This document shows positions 14,568-27,860 of a stretch of DNA of 64,000 nt, piece by piece (within the stretch, counting starts at the first letter, position 1; each line of letters opens with the position of its first letter). Made by a program: the position numbers and the translations under genes. A model generated the notes under the pieces. The model was not told where the DNA came from, searched no databases, and saw only the letters and a list, made by a program, of their open reading frames with translations. The DNA comes from Eledone cirrhosa (Eukaryota). The DNA is taken from NCBI GenBank assembly GCA_964016885.1, contig OZ024748.1, positions 16,058,001 through 16,122,000 on the forward strand, written 5' to 3'.

Positions 14568-15511
14568 AACAACAACAGCAACAACATCAACATCAACAAC
14601 AGCAGCAACAACAGCAGCAACAACAACAACAGTACAAGCAGTAGCAGCAAAAACAACAACAACAACAACGGTACCAGTAGTAGCAGCAAAAACAACAACA
14701 GCAACAACAACAACAACAAGAACAACAAAAACAACAGCACCAACAACAGCAACAATAACAACAACAGCAGCAACATCAACAACAACAATAGTACCAGCAG
14801 TAGCAGCAACAACAACAACGCCAGCAACAACAACAACGCCAGCAACAACAACAACAACAGCACCAACAACAACAGCAGCAACAACAACACCACCACCACC
14901 ACCACCACCAACACCACCACCACCACCAACAACAGCACCACCAACAACAACAGCACCACCAACAACAACAGCACCAACAACAGCAACAACACCACCACCA
15001 CCAATAACAACAACAGCACCACCAAGAACAACACCACCACCACCAACACCAACAACACCACCACCAACTACAACAACACCACCACCAACAACAACAACAA
15101 CAGCACCACCACCAATAACAACAACACCACCACCAACCACCACCACCACCACCACCAACAGAAATAACAACAACAGCACTAGCAACAACAACAACACCAC
15201 CAACAACAGCAGCAGCATCACCACCAACAACAACATCACCACCACCACCAACAACAACACCACCACCACCACCACCAACACCACCACCACCAACAACACC
15301 ACCACCAACAACACCACCACCAACAACAACAACACCACCACCACCACCAACAACAACACTACCACCACCAACAACACCACCACCACCACCAACAACAACA
15401 CTACCACCACCAACAGCACCACCACCACCAACAACAACACCACCACCACCACCAACAACAACAACAGCACCACCAACACCACCACCACCAACAACAACAA
15501 CATTAACAGCA
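14568..15511. repeat. (ACA)/(GCA)/(ACC) trinucleotide low-complexity tract
   Basis: Directly visible; preceded by (GA)n at about 14450-14497. Confidence 0.95.
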
Positions 15512-15889
15512 AGAAGAAAGGGAGATAATTTCTTTAGGCTGTTATATCAATTCCTTTAATTGTATTCAAGTGAATTACCCAATTTGTATAACTAGCGAAA
15601 CTGTTTAATAATAGTCCAACTGAGATTTACTACACCATCTAAAGTTCTCTGTTTGGGGCTGAGAGATTCCTTGGAGACATATATATTGTTGAAACTATGG
15701 ATCTCACTACCGATAGACTGTTGTGTGTGTATATATATATATATATATGTGTGTGTGTGAGTGTAAGTGTGTGTGTGTGTGTGTGTTTGTATATATACAT
15801 ATATATATGTGTGTGTGAGTGTGTGTGAGTGTGAGTGCGTGTGAGTGCATGTGTGTGTGTGTGTTTGTATATATACATATATATATGTG

Positions 15890-15921
<32 letters not shown>

Positions 15922-16020
15922 CGTCTAACCCATGCTAGCGTGGAAAATGGACGTTAAACGAAGATGATGATGATGATGATGTATATATGTATATATACAT
16001 ACATATGTGTGGGGGTGATT

Positions 16021-16055
<35 letters not shown>

Positions 16056-16248
16056 TGTATATATATGTATCATCATCATTTAACGGGAAAAGTGGATGTC
16101 AAGCAATGATGATGATGATATATATGTGTGTGTGTGAGTGTGTGTGTATATTATATGAATGTATATACATATATATAAGGGATCTATGGTTCTGTTCTGG
16201 GAATGAATGGAAGCATTTCTAGAGAATTCTAGTCGACACAGAGCATCT

Positions 16249-16795
16249 GTTCAAATCCCGCCGAGGTTAACTTTGCTTTTCATCCTTACGGGGTTGATAA
16301 AATAAAGTACCAGTAATGTACTGGGTAATTTGCCGGCCTTGTGCCAAAATAGAAACAAATATTTAATAAAAGAAGAATATGTGAGACATGTACTGGTATT
16401 TTGGCAGTATCGGTAGAGGGTCGGACGCCATGCTTTCCAGCATAGTTACGTCCCTTTACGATCTGAGTTCAAATCCCGCCGAGGTTAACTTTGCTTTTCA
16501 TCCTTACGGGGTTGATAAAATAAAGTACCAGTAATGTACTGGGTAATTGCCGGCCTTGTGCCAAAAATAGAAACAAATATTTAATAAAAGAAGAATATGT
16601 GAGACATGTACTGGTATTTTGGCAGTATCGGTAGAGGGTCGGACGCCATGCTTTCCAGCATAGTTACGTCCCTTTACGATCTGAGTTCAAATCCCGCCGA
16701 GGTTGACTTTGCCTTTCATCCTTACGGGGTCAATAAAATAAAGTACCAGTAATGCACTGGTTACTTGCTGGCCTTGTGCCTAAAGTAGAAACAAA
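16249..16795 (+). mobile_element. Three tandem family A SINEs, with a duplicated spacer
   Basis: Identical spacer atttaataaaagaagaatatgtgagacatgtactggtattt between copies indicates tandem duplication. Confidence 0.85.
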
Positions 16796-16899
16796 TATAA
16801 TATTTAGAAGAGATTCTGATGTGGTGCTGTAGGGAGAGGACCTTTCACATTTATAGAGATGTCTGTTCTATAAGGCTTCCATCTATGAGGAATTGTTGT

Positions 16900-17127
16900 T
16901 GTTGTTCCAGCTTATACCTATGCAGGTTTAGCTGGCCTCCTCCAAGATATGCTTCATTGGAGGTGTCTTGGGTGATTTAATGATACAGACCCCAGTCCCT
17001 ATTATCTCATTTCTACAACTGAGTAAACTGGAGCGACGTGAAATCAAGTGTCTTGCTCACTCGGTCTGAGAATTGAACTCACAACCTTTCGATTGCAAGC
17101 CTAACCACTAAGCCATGCGCCTTCACC
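16900..17127 (-). mobile_element. Family B SINE, degenerate
   Basis: ctaaccactaagccatgcgcc head and gtgtcttgctca core. Confidence 0.7.
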
Positions 17128-17401
17128 TATGAGGAATGGTAGTTTATAAGAATGTATGTACAGTGATGAAAGTGTATGGCTTAGTGGCAAATTAGGGGCA
17201 TGCAACAGGAGGCCTGCGGGCCATAATCTGGCCCACCAGACCAGTCAGAGTGGCCCACGATGACTGTTCTTAATTTCACCTTGTAGGCTTATTTAGATTT
17301 TCTTTTCGTAACCGTAATACAATTTTCTGTTAGTTGACCTATACCAAATACCAAGTCTCACATTAATAAAACTAAATTATATTTAGGAGGAGGAGAAGAC
17401 T

Positions 17402-17897
17402 ACTGTTGTTAAGTACACCTATACGACCCAGATACTGTGATACAAAGGACAATAATACATCTCACTATCAAGATAAGAGTACTGTATATATATATATATT
17501 TCAAAGTCACAACTGTTGTTAAGTACACCTGTACAACCCAGATGCTGTGATACAAAAGACAATAATACATCTCACTATCAAGATAAGAGTACTGTATATA
17601 TATATATTTCAAAGTCACTACTGTTGTTAAGTACACCTGTACAACCCAGATACTGTGATACAAAGGACAATAATACATCTCACTATCAAGATAAGAGTAC
17701 TGTATATATATATATATTTCAAAGTCACTACTGTTGTTAAGTACACCTGTACAACCCAGATGCTGTGATACAAAAGACAATAATACATCTCACTATCAAG
17801 ATAAGAGTACTGTATATATATATATTTCAAAGTCACTACTGTTGTTAAGTACACCTGTACAACCCAGATACTGTGATACAAAAGACAATAATACATT
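17402..17897. repeat. 108-110 bp tandem repeat, about 4.5 copies
   Basis: actgttgttaagtacacct at 17402, 17512, 17620, 17730 and 17838; unit length varies by an internal (TA)n. Confidence 0.95.
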
Positions 17898-19149
17898 CTG
17901 CTCAATTCTCTAATGAAGCTGCCAAAATATTGTAACTCCAATAATTCATTGCTATCCTACATTGAACAATTATTGTGAAATTCCATATGTTGATCACGAA
18001 TAGTAAATTTGGTTCGCAAAAAAAAAAAAAAAAAGAATATTTCCTTTTGCTGTGGTTTGAGTCGAATGATTGAAATTCTTTAAATCAATGTTATCAGTCT
18101 TGGAAAATATAGAAATGGCGCTTTCCTTAGTAAATGATATACTTCCAAATTTCAGTCTCATCATAAGTTATTGTTTCTTCTTAGAATATGTTGGAAATAG
18201 GTGATAAATATATCAGTATCAATAAAGATAGGAATGGTAATGTAAGATTATTATTATTATTATTGTTGTTGTTGTTGTTGTTGTTGTTGTTATTGGAAAA
18301 GACTGCAAATTTATAGATGAGAGAACAGTGATAATAGAAATAGTATTGGAGATAGACTAATGGTGGCTCAAAACATGATTTTGTCTAGTACATATTGGAG
18401 TGATGGTCAGTGAAGATTTATAGATGAGAGAATAATGATAATAGAATTAACAGGTAGACTAATGGTGGCTCAAAACTTGATATTGTCTAGTACATATAGG
18501 AGTGATGGTCAGTGAAGATTTATAGATGAGAGAATAATTATAATTGAATTACCTGGTAGACGAATGGTGGCTCAAAACTTGATATTGTCTAGTACATATA
18601 TGAGTAATGGTCAGTGAAGATTTATAGATGAGAGAATAATTATAATAGAATTACCAGGTAGACTAATGGTGGCTCAAAACATGATTTTGTCTAGTACATA
18701 TAGGAGTAATGGTCAGTGAAGATTTATAGATGAGAGAATAATTATAATAGAATTACCTGGTAGACTAATGGTGGCTCAAAACATGATATTGTCTAGTACA
18801 TATAGGAGTAATGGTCAGTGAAGATTTATAGATGAGAGAATAATGATAATAGAATTACCAGGTAGACTAATGGTGGCTCAAAACTTGATATTGTCTAGTA
18901 CATATAGGAGTAATGGTCAGTGAAGATTTATAGATGAGAGAATAATGATAATAGAATTACCAGGTAGACTAATGGTGGCTCAAAACTTGATATTGTCTAG
19001 TACATATAGGAGTAATGGTCAGTGAAGATTTATAGATGAGAGAATAATGATAATAGAATTACCAGGTAGACTAATGGTGGCTCAAAACTTGATATTGTCT
19101 AGTACATATAGGAGTGATGGTCAGTGAAGATTTATAGATGAGAGAATTA

Positions 19150-19368
19150 TGATTTCTAGTATAGGCACAAGGCCAGTAATTTGGTGGGAGGCGAAAGTCG
19201 ATTAAATCGACCCCAGTACATTACTGGTGCTTTATTTTATCAACCCCCGTAAGGATGAAAGGCAAAGTTAACCTCAGCGAGATTTGAACACAGACCATAA
19301 AGGATAGTAAGTCTATGCTGCAAAGCATGGTGTCCGACTCTCTATCGATACTGTCAATCCACCGACCT
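19150..19368 (-). mobile_element. Family A SINE inserted in the 102 bp satellite
   Basis: Full-length match; flanked by tagatgagagaattatgat and tagatcagagaataatgat, a possible target-site duplication. Confidence 0.8.
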
Positions 19369-19614
19369 TAGATCAGAGAATAATGATAATAGAAATACCA
19401 GGTAGTCTGGTGGTGGCTCAAAACTTGATTTTGTCTAGTACATATTGGAGCGATGGTCTGTGGAAGACAGGTAAGTTAATTGTAGTTGGACATATGGTAT
19501 TGACTAAAATAAATTGGTGAGACTGTCCATGATATCCAGGTAGATTAATGGTGGCTCAAAACTTAATACTGTCTCAAATATATTGCAGTGATGGTCAGTG
19601 CAAGTTTATAGTGA

Positions 19615-19900
19615 AGGAGCATGGCCTAATGATTAGGATGCTTGACATATGATTGTAATGTTGTTAGTTCAATTCCTGGGCAGGCTGTTGCATTGTTGTT
19701 TTGAGCAAAGCACTTTATTTCACATTGCTCCAGTACACTAGGCTGAGTGAGAGTACAAACAGTATCTGGGAAGTTAAACCTGCAATAGACTGGCATCCTA
19801 TCCAAGGAGTGTCTTGTCCTCTTAATCACTTAACAGGAAAGAAATTAGGGACAAGCACTACCATAATGAGCTTTCAGCTTAAAACAGACTTTAACTAACT
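19615..19900 (+). mobile_element. tRNA-derived SINE related to family B, older subfamily
   Basis: ggagcatggcctaatgattagg..agttcaattcc..ttgagcaaagcactttatttcacattgctccag; a related copy lies at 28015-28305. Confidence 0.7.
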
Positions 19901-20242
19901 TAACTACCTTAAGAATAATGATAATAGAATATTGTCTCACATATATTAGAATGATGGTCAGTGGTAGTTGTATATTTAGGATTGACTGGAATATATAGGT
20001 GAGACTGTCCTTGTTATCCAGGTAGGCTAATGGTGGAGGAGGAACAACAACAACAACAACAGTAAAAACAACATCATCATCACCATAATCATCATTTTAC
20101 ATTTTGCTTTTCCCTGCTTGATATTATTTAAGGTATATTGACAGTTGGTCTTGGTCAGTGATGTCCAGGCAGGGTAATTGTAGTTGAAAAGAAAACAGTC
20201 ATGGGCACTGCCTTTCCCTGTCTGATTAAAATAATAATAATA

Positions 20243-20690
20243 ATTGTTTCTACTTTAGGCACAAGGCCAGCAATTACCCAGTGCATTACTGGTACTTTAT
20301 TTTATCGACCCCGTAAGGATGAAAGGCAAAGTCAACCTTGGCGGGATTTGAACTCAGATCATAAAGGGACGTAACTATGCTGGAAAGCATGGTGTCCGAC
20401 CCTCTACCGATACTGCCAATCCACCGCCCTATAATAATAATAATAATGGTTATCATAATCATATGAAAGGCAAAGATAACTTCAGTGGGGTTTGAACTCA
20501 GAACATAAAGGGACATAGCTATATGCTGCAAAGCATGGTGTCCAATGCTCTATCAATACAGCCAATCCACTGGCTTTATAATAATAATAATTGTTTCTAC
20601 TTTTGGCACAAGGCCAGCAATTATCCCAGTGTATTACTGGTACTTTATTTTATCGACCCCGTAAGGATGAAAGGCAAAGTTAACCTCGGC
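20243..20690 (-). mobile_element. Three family A SINE copies or fragments
   Basis: Consensus match at 20243-20429, 20462-20572 and 20590-20690. Confidence 0.82.
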
Positions 20691-21282
20691 ATAATAATAA
20701 TAAAGATATGGTTAATGGTAGCTGAACACCTCAAATTGAACAAATATACTGCAGCCATTCAGGAAAATACTTGCTCAAGGTTGTCATGTGATGGTATCAA
20801 ACTCAGCACGACATGGTGGCAAAGCTATAGAAGAAGACATGAGCCCTAGGAGCTAGAGAGTAGGATCAAACCAGCACCCACATACTGCTATATATTCAGC
20901 TCTTCTTTTCTATTAACAAACATAAATATAAATTCATTATTCCCATGGAAACATAAACAGTTGGATGTAAATATTAACAGCTAAATAAATAGCTTTGGAT
21001 ATTTGGGATATTTCAGAAATTTAAATAAGCAAACTTAAGAATACAGTTGAAAGCAATTTCATATATGTAATGCTCCTTAAGAAATAAGATTGTCATTTAC
21101 CACCTGATAAACAGAGTCGGCCCAAAATATATTTTATTTTAAAGAAGGAATAGCTTCTTTGAAGGCAAAGTAGAGATTCCATTTGTGAACCAAAAAATAC
21201 AGGTAAATACTTCAAAAAAATATGTTTAAAAAATATATCTTTACCTGTTTCAAATAAGTAGATTATGTAATGAAGATCTTCA

Positions 21283-22120
21283 TTGTTGTCATAATCACCA
21301 TTGTTGTCATCATCATTGTCATCATCATTGTCATTGTCATCACCACTGTCATCATCATCATCATTGTCATCATCACCACTGTCATCATCATCATTGTCAT
21401 CATCATCATCATCACCGTCATCATCATCATCATCATTGTCATCGTCATCATCATTGTCATTGTCATCACCACCACTGTCATCATCATCATCATTGTCATC
21501 ATCATCATCATCATCACCACTGTCATCATCATCATCATCATTGTCATCACCACTACTGTCATCATCATCATTGTCATCACCAGTCATCATCATCATGATT
21601 GTCACCACCACCACTGTCATCATCATCATCATTGTCATCACCACTGTCATCATCATCACCACTGTCATCATCATCATCATTGTCATCACCACTGTCATCA
21701 TCATCATCATTGTCATCATCACCACTGTCATCATCATCATCATTGTCGTCACCCCCACTGTCATCATCATCATTGTCATCACCACTGTCATCATCATCAC
21801 CACTGTCATCATCATCATCATTGTCATCACCACCACTGTCATCATCATCATTGTCATCACCACTGTCATCATCATCACCACTGTCATCATCATCATTGTC
21901 ATCACCACCACTGTCATCATCATCATTGTCATCATCACCACTGTCATCATCATCATCATTGTCATCACCACCACTGTGATCATCATCATCATTGTCATTA
22001 CCACCACTGTCATCATCATCATCATTGTCATCACCACCACTGTCATCATCATCATTGTCGCCACCACTGTCATCATCATCATCCATGTTACCATCATCAT
22101 CATTATTGTCATCATCACTG
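21283..22120. repeat. Patterned (TCA)n-derived trinucleotide array
   Basis: Alternating ttgtca/ccactg modules within TCA runs; adjoins the (GAT)n tail of a minus-strand RTE-type end at 22120-22265. Confidence 0.95.
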
Positions 22121-22227
22121 TTTAACATCCATTTTCCACGCTAGCATGGGTTAGATGAGTTATCCCATTGTGAGATAAATCAGATCAGATGATCGCGTCT
22201 TGCTCATACAGAACTCTTTCTATGAGT

Positions 22228-23625
22228 GGATGCCCTTCCTAACACCAACAACATTTACAGTGTGGACTCAGGGCTTTTATTGTGGCACCAACATTACCAC
22301 TATACATCATCATATTCTTAACATATTTGATACCAACCAACCTCTGGTTCTATACTGCAAAACTCATTCATTCATTCATTTCATTTTACATCCACTTTTC
22401 CCTGCTTGCAAGGGTGGGACGCGAACTGATTCTGGCTTGATTTCTACAGCTGGATGCCCTTCCTAACACCAACCTCATTTACAGTGTGGACTCAGGGATT
22501 TTATTGTTCACAAAATTTACCACTATACATCATCATATAGATTTCTTAACATATTTGATACCAACCAACCTCTGGTTCTATACTGCAAAACTCATTCATT
22601 CATTCATTTCATTTTACATCCACTTTTCCCTGCTTGCAAGGGTGGGACGCGAACTGATTCTGGCTTGATTTCTACAGCTGGATGCCCTTCCTAACACCAA
22701 CCTCATTTACAGTGTGGACTCAGGGCTTTTATTGTTCACAAAAATTACCACTATACATCATCATATAGATTTCTTAACATATTTGATACCAACCAACCTC
22801 TGGTTCTATACTGCAAAACTCATTCATTCATTCATTTCATTTTACATCCACTTTTCCCTGCTTGCAAGGGTGGGACGCGAACTGATTCTGGCTTGATTTC
22901 TACAGCTGGATGCCCTTCCTAACACCAACCTCATTTACAGTGTGGACTCAGGGCTTTTATTGTTCACAAAAATTACCACTATACATCATCATATAGATTT
23001 CTTAACATATTTGATACCAACCAACCTCTGGTTCTATACTGCAAAACTCATTCATTCATTCATTTCATTTTACATCCACTTTTCCCTGCTTGCAAGGGTG
23101 GGACGCGAACTGATTCTGGCTTGATTTCTACAGCTGGATGCCCTTCCTAACACCAACCTCATTTACAGTGTGGACTCAGGGCTTTTATTGTTCACAAAAA
23201 TTACCACTATACATCATCATATAGATTTCTTAACATATTTGATACCAACCAACCTCTGGTTCTATACTGCAAAACTCATTCATTCATTCATTTCATTTTA
23301 CATCCACTTTTCCCTGCTTGCAAGGGTGGGACGCGAACTGATTCTGGCTTGATTTCTACAGCTGGATGCCCTTCCTAACACCAACCTCATTTACAGTGTG
23401 GACTCAGGGCTTTTATTGTTCACAAAAATTACCACTATACATCATCATATAGATTTCTTAACATATTTGATACCAACCAACCTCTGGTTCTATACTGCAA
23501 AACTCATTCATTCATTCATTTCATTTTACATCCGCTTTTTCCCTGCTTGCAAGGGTGGGACGGGAACTGATTCTGGCTTGATTTCTACAGCTGGATGCCC
23601 TTCCTAACACCAACCTCATTTACAG
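22228..23625. repeat. 228 bp tandem repeat, about 6 near-identical copies, built from a SINE/RTE tail plus flank
   Basis: Near-identical ORFs start at 22486, 22714, 22942, 23170 and 23398. Confidence 0.96.
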
Positions 23626-23848
23626 TGAGTGCTGGGTGCTTTTTTGCAGTGGCACCTCCACAAACACTTTGCAGTGGAATGATATGGACCCCCAGTCCTT
23701 ATCATCTCATTTCTACAGTTGAGTAAACTGGAGCAATGTGAAATAAAGTGTCTTGCTCAAGGAAACAACACATCACCTGGTCTGAGAATTGAACTCACAA
23801 CCTTTTGATTGCAAGGCCAATGCTCTAACCACTAAGCCATGTGCCTCC
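23520..23848 (-). mobile_element. Family B SINE, full length
   Basis: High similarity to 12335-12673 and 59414-59757. Confidence 0.85.
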
Positions 23849-25204
23849 AAAACTGTTTGTTGTAAACTGTTTATATTTATCTAAAAACCTTCCAGCATAA
23901 TTTTATATATGAATCTTTGGTAAGTTATTTTCCAAACACCAGCTTCCAAATTAGAAAGTTATATTACTAAATTTCTCCAAATTCTTGAGTATTTATTTAA
24001 ATTATTTGAAAATCACATGTAGTGGTAGAGTATTTCATGAGATGATAACGAAAGGGTTAAAGTGTTTATATTTATCTAAAAACGTTCCAACATAATTTTA
24101 GATATGAACCTTTGTTAATTTAACTAATGTTTCAAACACTAGCTAAATAATGAGATAGATAGTCATATTACAAAATTCCAGCAAATTCTTGATTATATTT
24201 CAAAATGATTTGAAAACCATAGGCAATGTCTTTCATTGGAAATATGGTAACAAAAGGGTTAGTGTATTTTAACACTATGTAGTTCCAAGTGTGGAAAAAC
24301 GGACATAAAAGTGATGACGATAGTTTGGTTATTAAATTCCACATTGAATGACTTACACTATCTATACCTTATATCTTATGTTTTCACCCCTAACAATATG
24401 CAACCATATTTCTTACATAAAATATATTTTTTCCTTTCTGTTAAATCTAATTAGATAATGCTATTTATTGTTATTTATTTGTCTTGAGGACATGGAAATA
24501 CCATTTTTTCTCTCTTTCAACGCTCCATACCTTAAGTTGTAAAAGTATAAAGAAACGTTATTCTTTTGTCAGAGAATGTCAGAATAGAAAGAATATTCTG
24601 AAGATGTTTCTGTAACTCAGTATGCATTAGTGTTTACCTTGATTACCAAACTACCTTTCCTTGAAAGAATCACATTTATACATGCAAAAAAGATGTTTTG
24701 TATATAAGCTTATGAAAACATGAATAATTCTACTGCAGAAAAAAAAATTTTCTATTGCAAAAAAAAAAAAAAAAAAAAAAAAATAATAGAATTATTGAAA
24801 TGTAAATATAGAACATGCAAGGAATTTGTTTTCCTTCTGAGATGTTGAACAATCTCTTGTGAAATCAATAAATAAATATGCTAAATTGTCTATGAAGTTC
24901 TGTTATGAGTGCAGTAGTAGAAAGAAATATCAGTGAACACAATTCATGTGATGCTATAAAAGAAATGTTGAGGTCACCTTTGCTTTTTATCCTTTCAGAG
25001 TCAATACATATAGTACCAGATCCTGTACTGGAAGTGGGTTGAGTCTTTTCCATGCCCCATCTTTGTATCTGTATCTATTTATCTATCTGGAATAATTTGA
25101 CTGTAGTCAGACATATAGACAAATGAGATCCACCAGGTTTATATAAGCTTCACCAGAAATAGGGGGCTTTAGTATCAAGATAAAGAATGATTAAAAAGAC
25201 TTTT

Positions 25205-25400
25205 TCAGGAAATGGGGTCCCCAGTAACAAAAGGAAAGATGAGAAAAAAAGGGTTCATCAGGAACTGGTGGCCCCCATAACAAAGGGAAAGATGAAAAAA
25301 AGGGGTTCGTCAGGAACTGGGGACCCCAGTAACAAAAGGAATGATGGAAAAAAAGCTTTGTCGGGAATTGGGAGCCCCAGTAACAAAAGGAGGATGGGGG
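25205..25400. repeat. Approximately 53 bp minisatellite, 4 copies
   Basis: Recurrent caggaactggggaccccagtaacaaaaggaa. Confidence 0.8.
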
Positions 25401-26605
25401 CCTTAGTAACTATCATTGATTGTATCTGGTTTTAAATAGGCACACCATATCCCGGTGTGTTATAAGAGTTCATTAGGTACACAATATCCCTGTGTGTTAT
25501 AAGCAGTGACTGAAATGAGTGAAACTAAGGAAGTCATCTGGTAGTAAAATATTGCCTCTAAAAAGGACCTAAACCTAATGATGAGTATGAGGCTTGCTAT
25601 GGGGCTCACAAGGCTAACTTCTGCTTTAACAGGGGAAAATGGCTTTAATAGTTTCAATACCAACTATAGTAATACCCACTTCTAAAAAGTATTCAAATTT
25701 AAACCTTGGAACTGAAATCTGATAATTAAATATCATTGACAGTATTGGTAAAGTGTCTAACAATGAGTGGATACCTTTAGTAAAATTCACTCTATAGTAA
25801 ATATTCAAGCTAGATCCCTGGTCTGGTCTGAACTGTAACTCATGACTTATAACCATGTAGATAATGCTTCCTGAAATTTGCCGACACTACACCTGATATT
25901 CATCTTCCATACACACGCACACATATATGTGTGTATATCATGATTCATACACAATTCGCTTTCCTGACATTTGTACATTATTCTATGTACTATACATGCT
26001 CCTTTGATGTGTTGTAGTACACCTGAGCACTGTACACAAGAATTTTCATTATTACTATTATCATTATAGTAAATTTGAACTTTCAGCAAAATGGCAACAA
26101 ATAAGGAGGAAGGACAAAATTAATAAATCAATCTCAGAGCTTGAGTGGCACTTTATTTTATAAATCCAAGAAATACGAAAGGGCAAAGCTGACCTTAGCT
26201 GAACTTGAACTTGAGTGTAATAACCCAGACCAAATACCACAACACACTTTTGTTATTTCGTCTGTAAAATCTAATATCTTCTGGGCTGTTCTATTTGTCA
26301 AATTCTTTCTTCACAGAACTCTATTATCAACTAACTCCCAGCAATGTTTCAACATGTACCATGTGGCTTTACAGCCATTTTCCTGATACAGCAGAGGTTA
26401 GACTTGGAGCCCCAATGACAACTATATTATACACTCACAGCATGCATTTTAAACCTTTCGTGATCACAAGACTATACTGCTTTTATGTTTTAATTATCAA
26501 AATGATTAAGAATTATGAAAGGTTTCATGAAATAAATGCCTTTCAGCTTAATAACAGAAGACAAATATTTAAATACTGATATCTTATATTATCTCATATG
26601 TAATA

Positions 26606-27860
26606 ATTGTTTCTACTTTTGGCACAAGGCCAGCAATTACCCCAGTGTATTACTGGTACTTTATTTTATCGACCCCATAAGGATGAAAGTTAAAGTTAAC
26701 CTCGGCGAGATTTCAACTCAGACCATGAAGGGCCGTAACTCTATGCTACAAAGCATAGTGTCCAATCCTCTATCGATACAGCCAATCCACCACCCTTCTC
26801 ATATGTAATAATAGTTTTCTGATTTAGGCACAAGGCCAACAATTTTAGGGGAGGTGAAAGTTGATTCAATCAATCCCAGTGCATTACTGGTACTTTATTT
26901 TATCGATCCCATAAGGATGAAAGGCAAAGCTACCTAACCTCGGCAAGATTTGAACTCAGAAAGTGAAAGGTCGTAATGCCACAAAACATACCATCTTAAT
27001 AATAGTTTCTTATATAGGCACAAGGCCAGCAATTTTAGGGAGGGGAAAGTCGATTAAATCGACCCCAGTGCATGACTGGTACTTTATTTTATCGGAGGGA
27101 TTTGAAATCAGATTATAAAGGGCCGTAATTCTATGCTGCAAAGCATGGTGTCCGACCCTCTACCAATAATGCCTATCCACCGCCCTCATACCATCTTAAT
27201 AATTGTTTCTACTTTTGGCACAAGGCCAGCAATTACCCAGTACATTACTGGTACTTTATTTTATCGACCCCCGCAAGGATGAAAGGCAAAGTTAACCTCG
27301 GCGGGATTTGAACTTTGTCCGTAAAGGGACGTAACTGTGCTGCAAAGCATGGCGTCCGACCCTCTATGGATGCTGCCAATCCATAATAATTGTTTCTACT
27401 TTTGGCACCAGGCCAGCAATTATCCCAGTGTATTACAGGTACTTTATTTTATCGACCCCATAAGGATGAAAGGCAAAGTTAACCTCGGCGGGATTTGAAC
27501 TCAGATCATAAAGGGAGGTAACTCTATGCTTCAAAGCATGGCACCCGACCCTCTACCGATACTGCCAATCCACCGCCCTCCATAATAATTGTTTCTACTT
27601 TTTGGTACAAGGCCTGCAATTATCCAGTACATTACTGGTACTTTATTTTATCGACCCCGTAAGGATGAAAGGCAAAGTTAACCTCGGCGGGATTTGAACT
27701 CAGACCGTAAAGAGACGTATCTATGCTGGAAAGCATGGCGTCTGACCCTCTACCGATACTGCCAATTCACTGCCCCCCATAATAATTGTTTCTACTTTAG
27801 GCACAAGGCCAGCAATTACCCAGTGCATTACTGGTACTTTATTTTATCTGCCCCCCCATA
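26606..27860 (-). mobile_element. Head-to-tail array of about 7 family A SINEs
   Basis: Successive ggcacaaggccagcaatt starts at about 180-210 bp spacing, all in the same orientation. Confidence 0.88.

Larger units (their letters stand above)
18310..20035. repeat. 102 bp tandem repeat, about 8 homogeneous copies plus degenerate copies, interrupted by two SINEs
   Basis: gaagattta recurs every 102 bp from 18420 to 19134; the repeat resumes at about 19369 and 19912. Confidence 0.93.

Noticed and set aside
14274-15512. 412 aa Val/Leu/Gly-rich ORF
   Set aside because: Trinucleotide low-complexity artefact.
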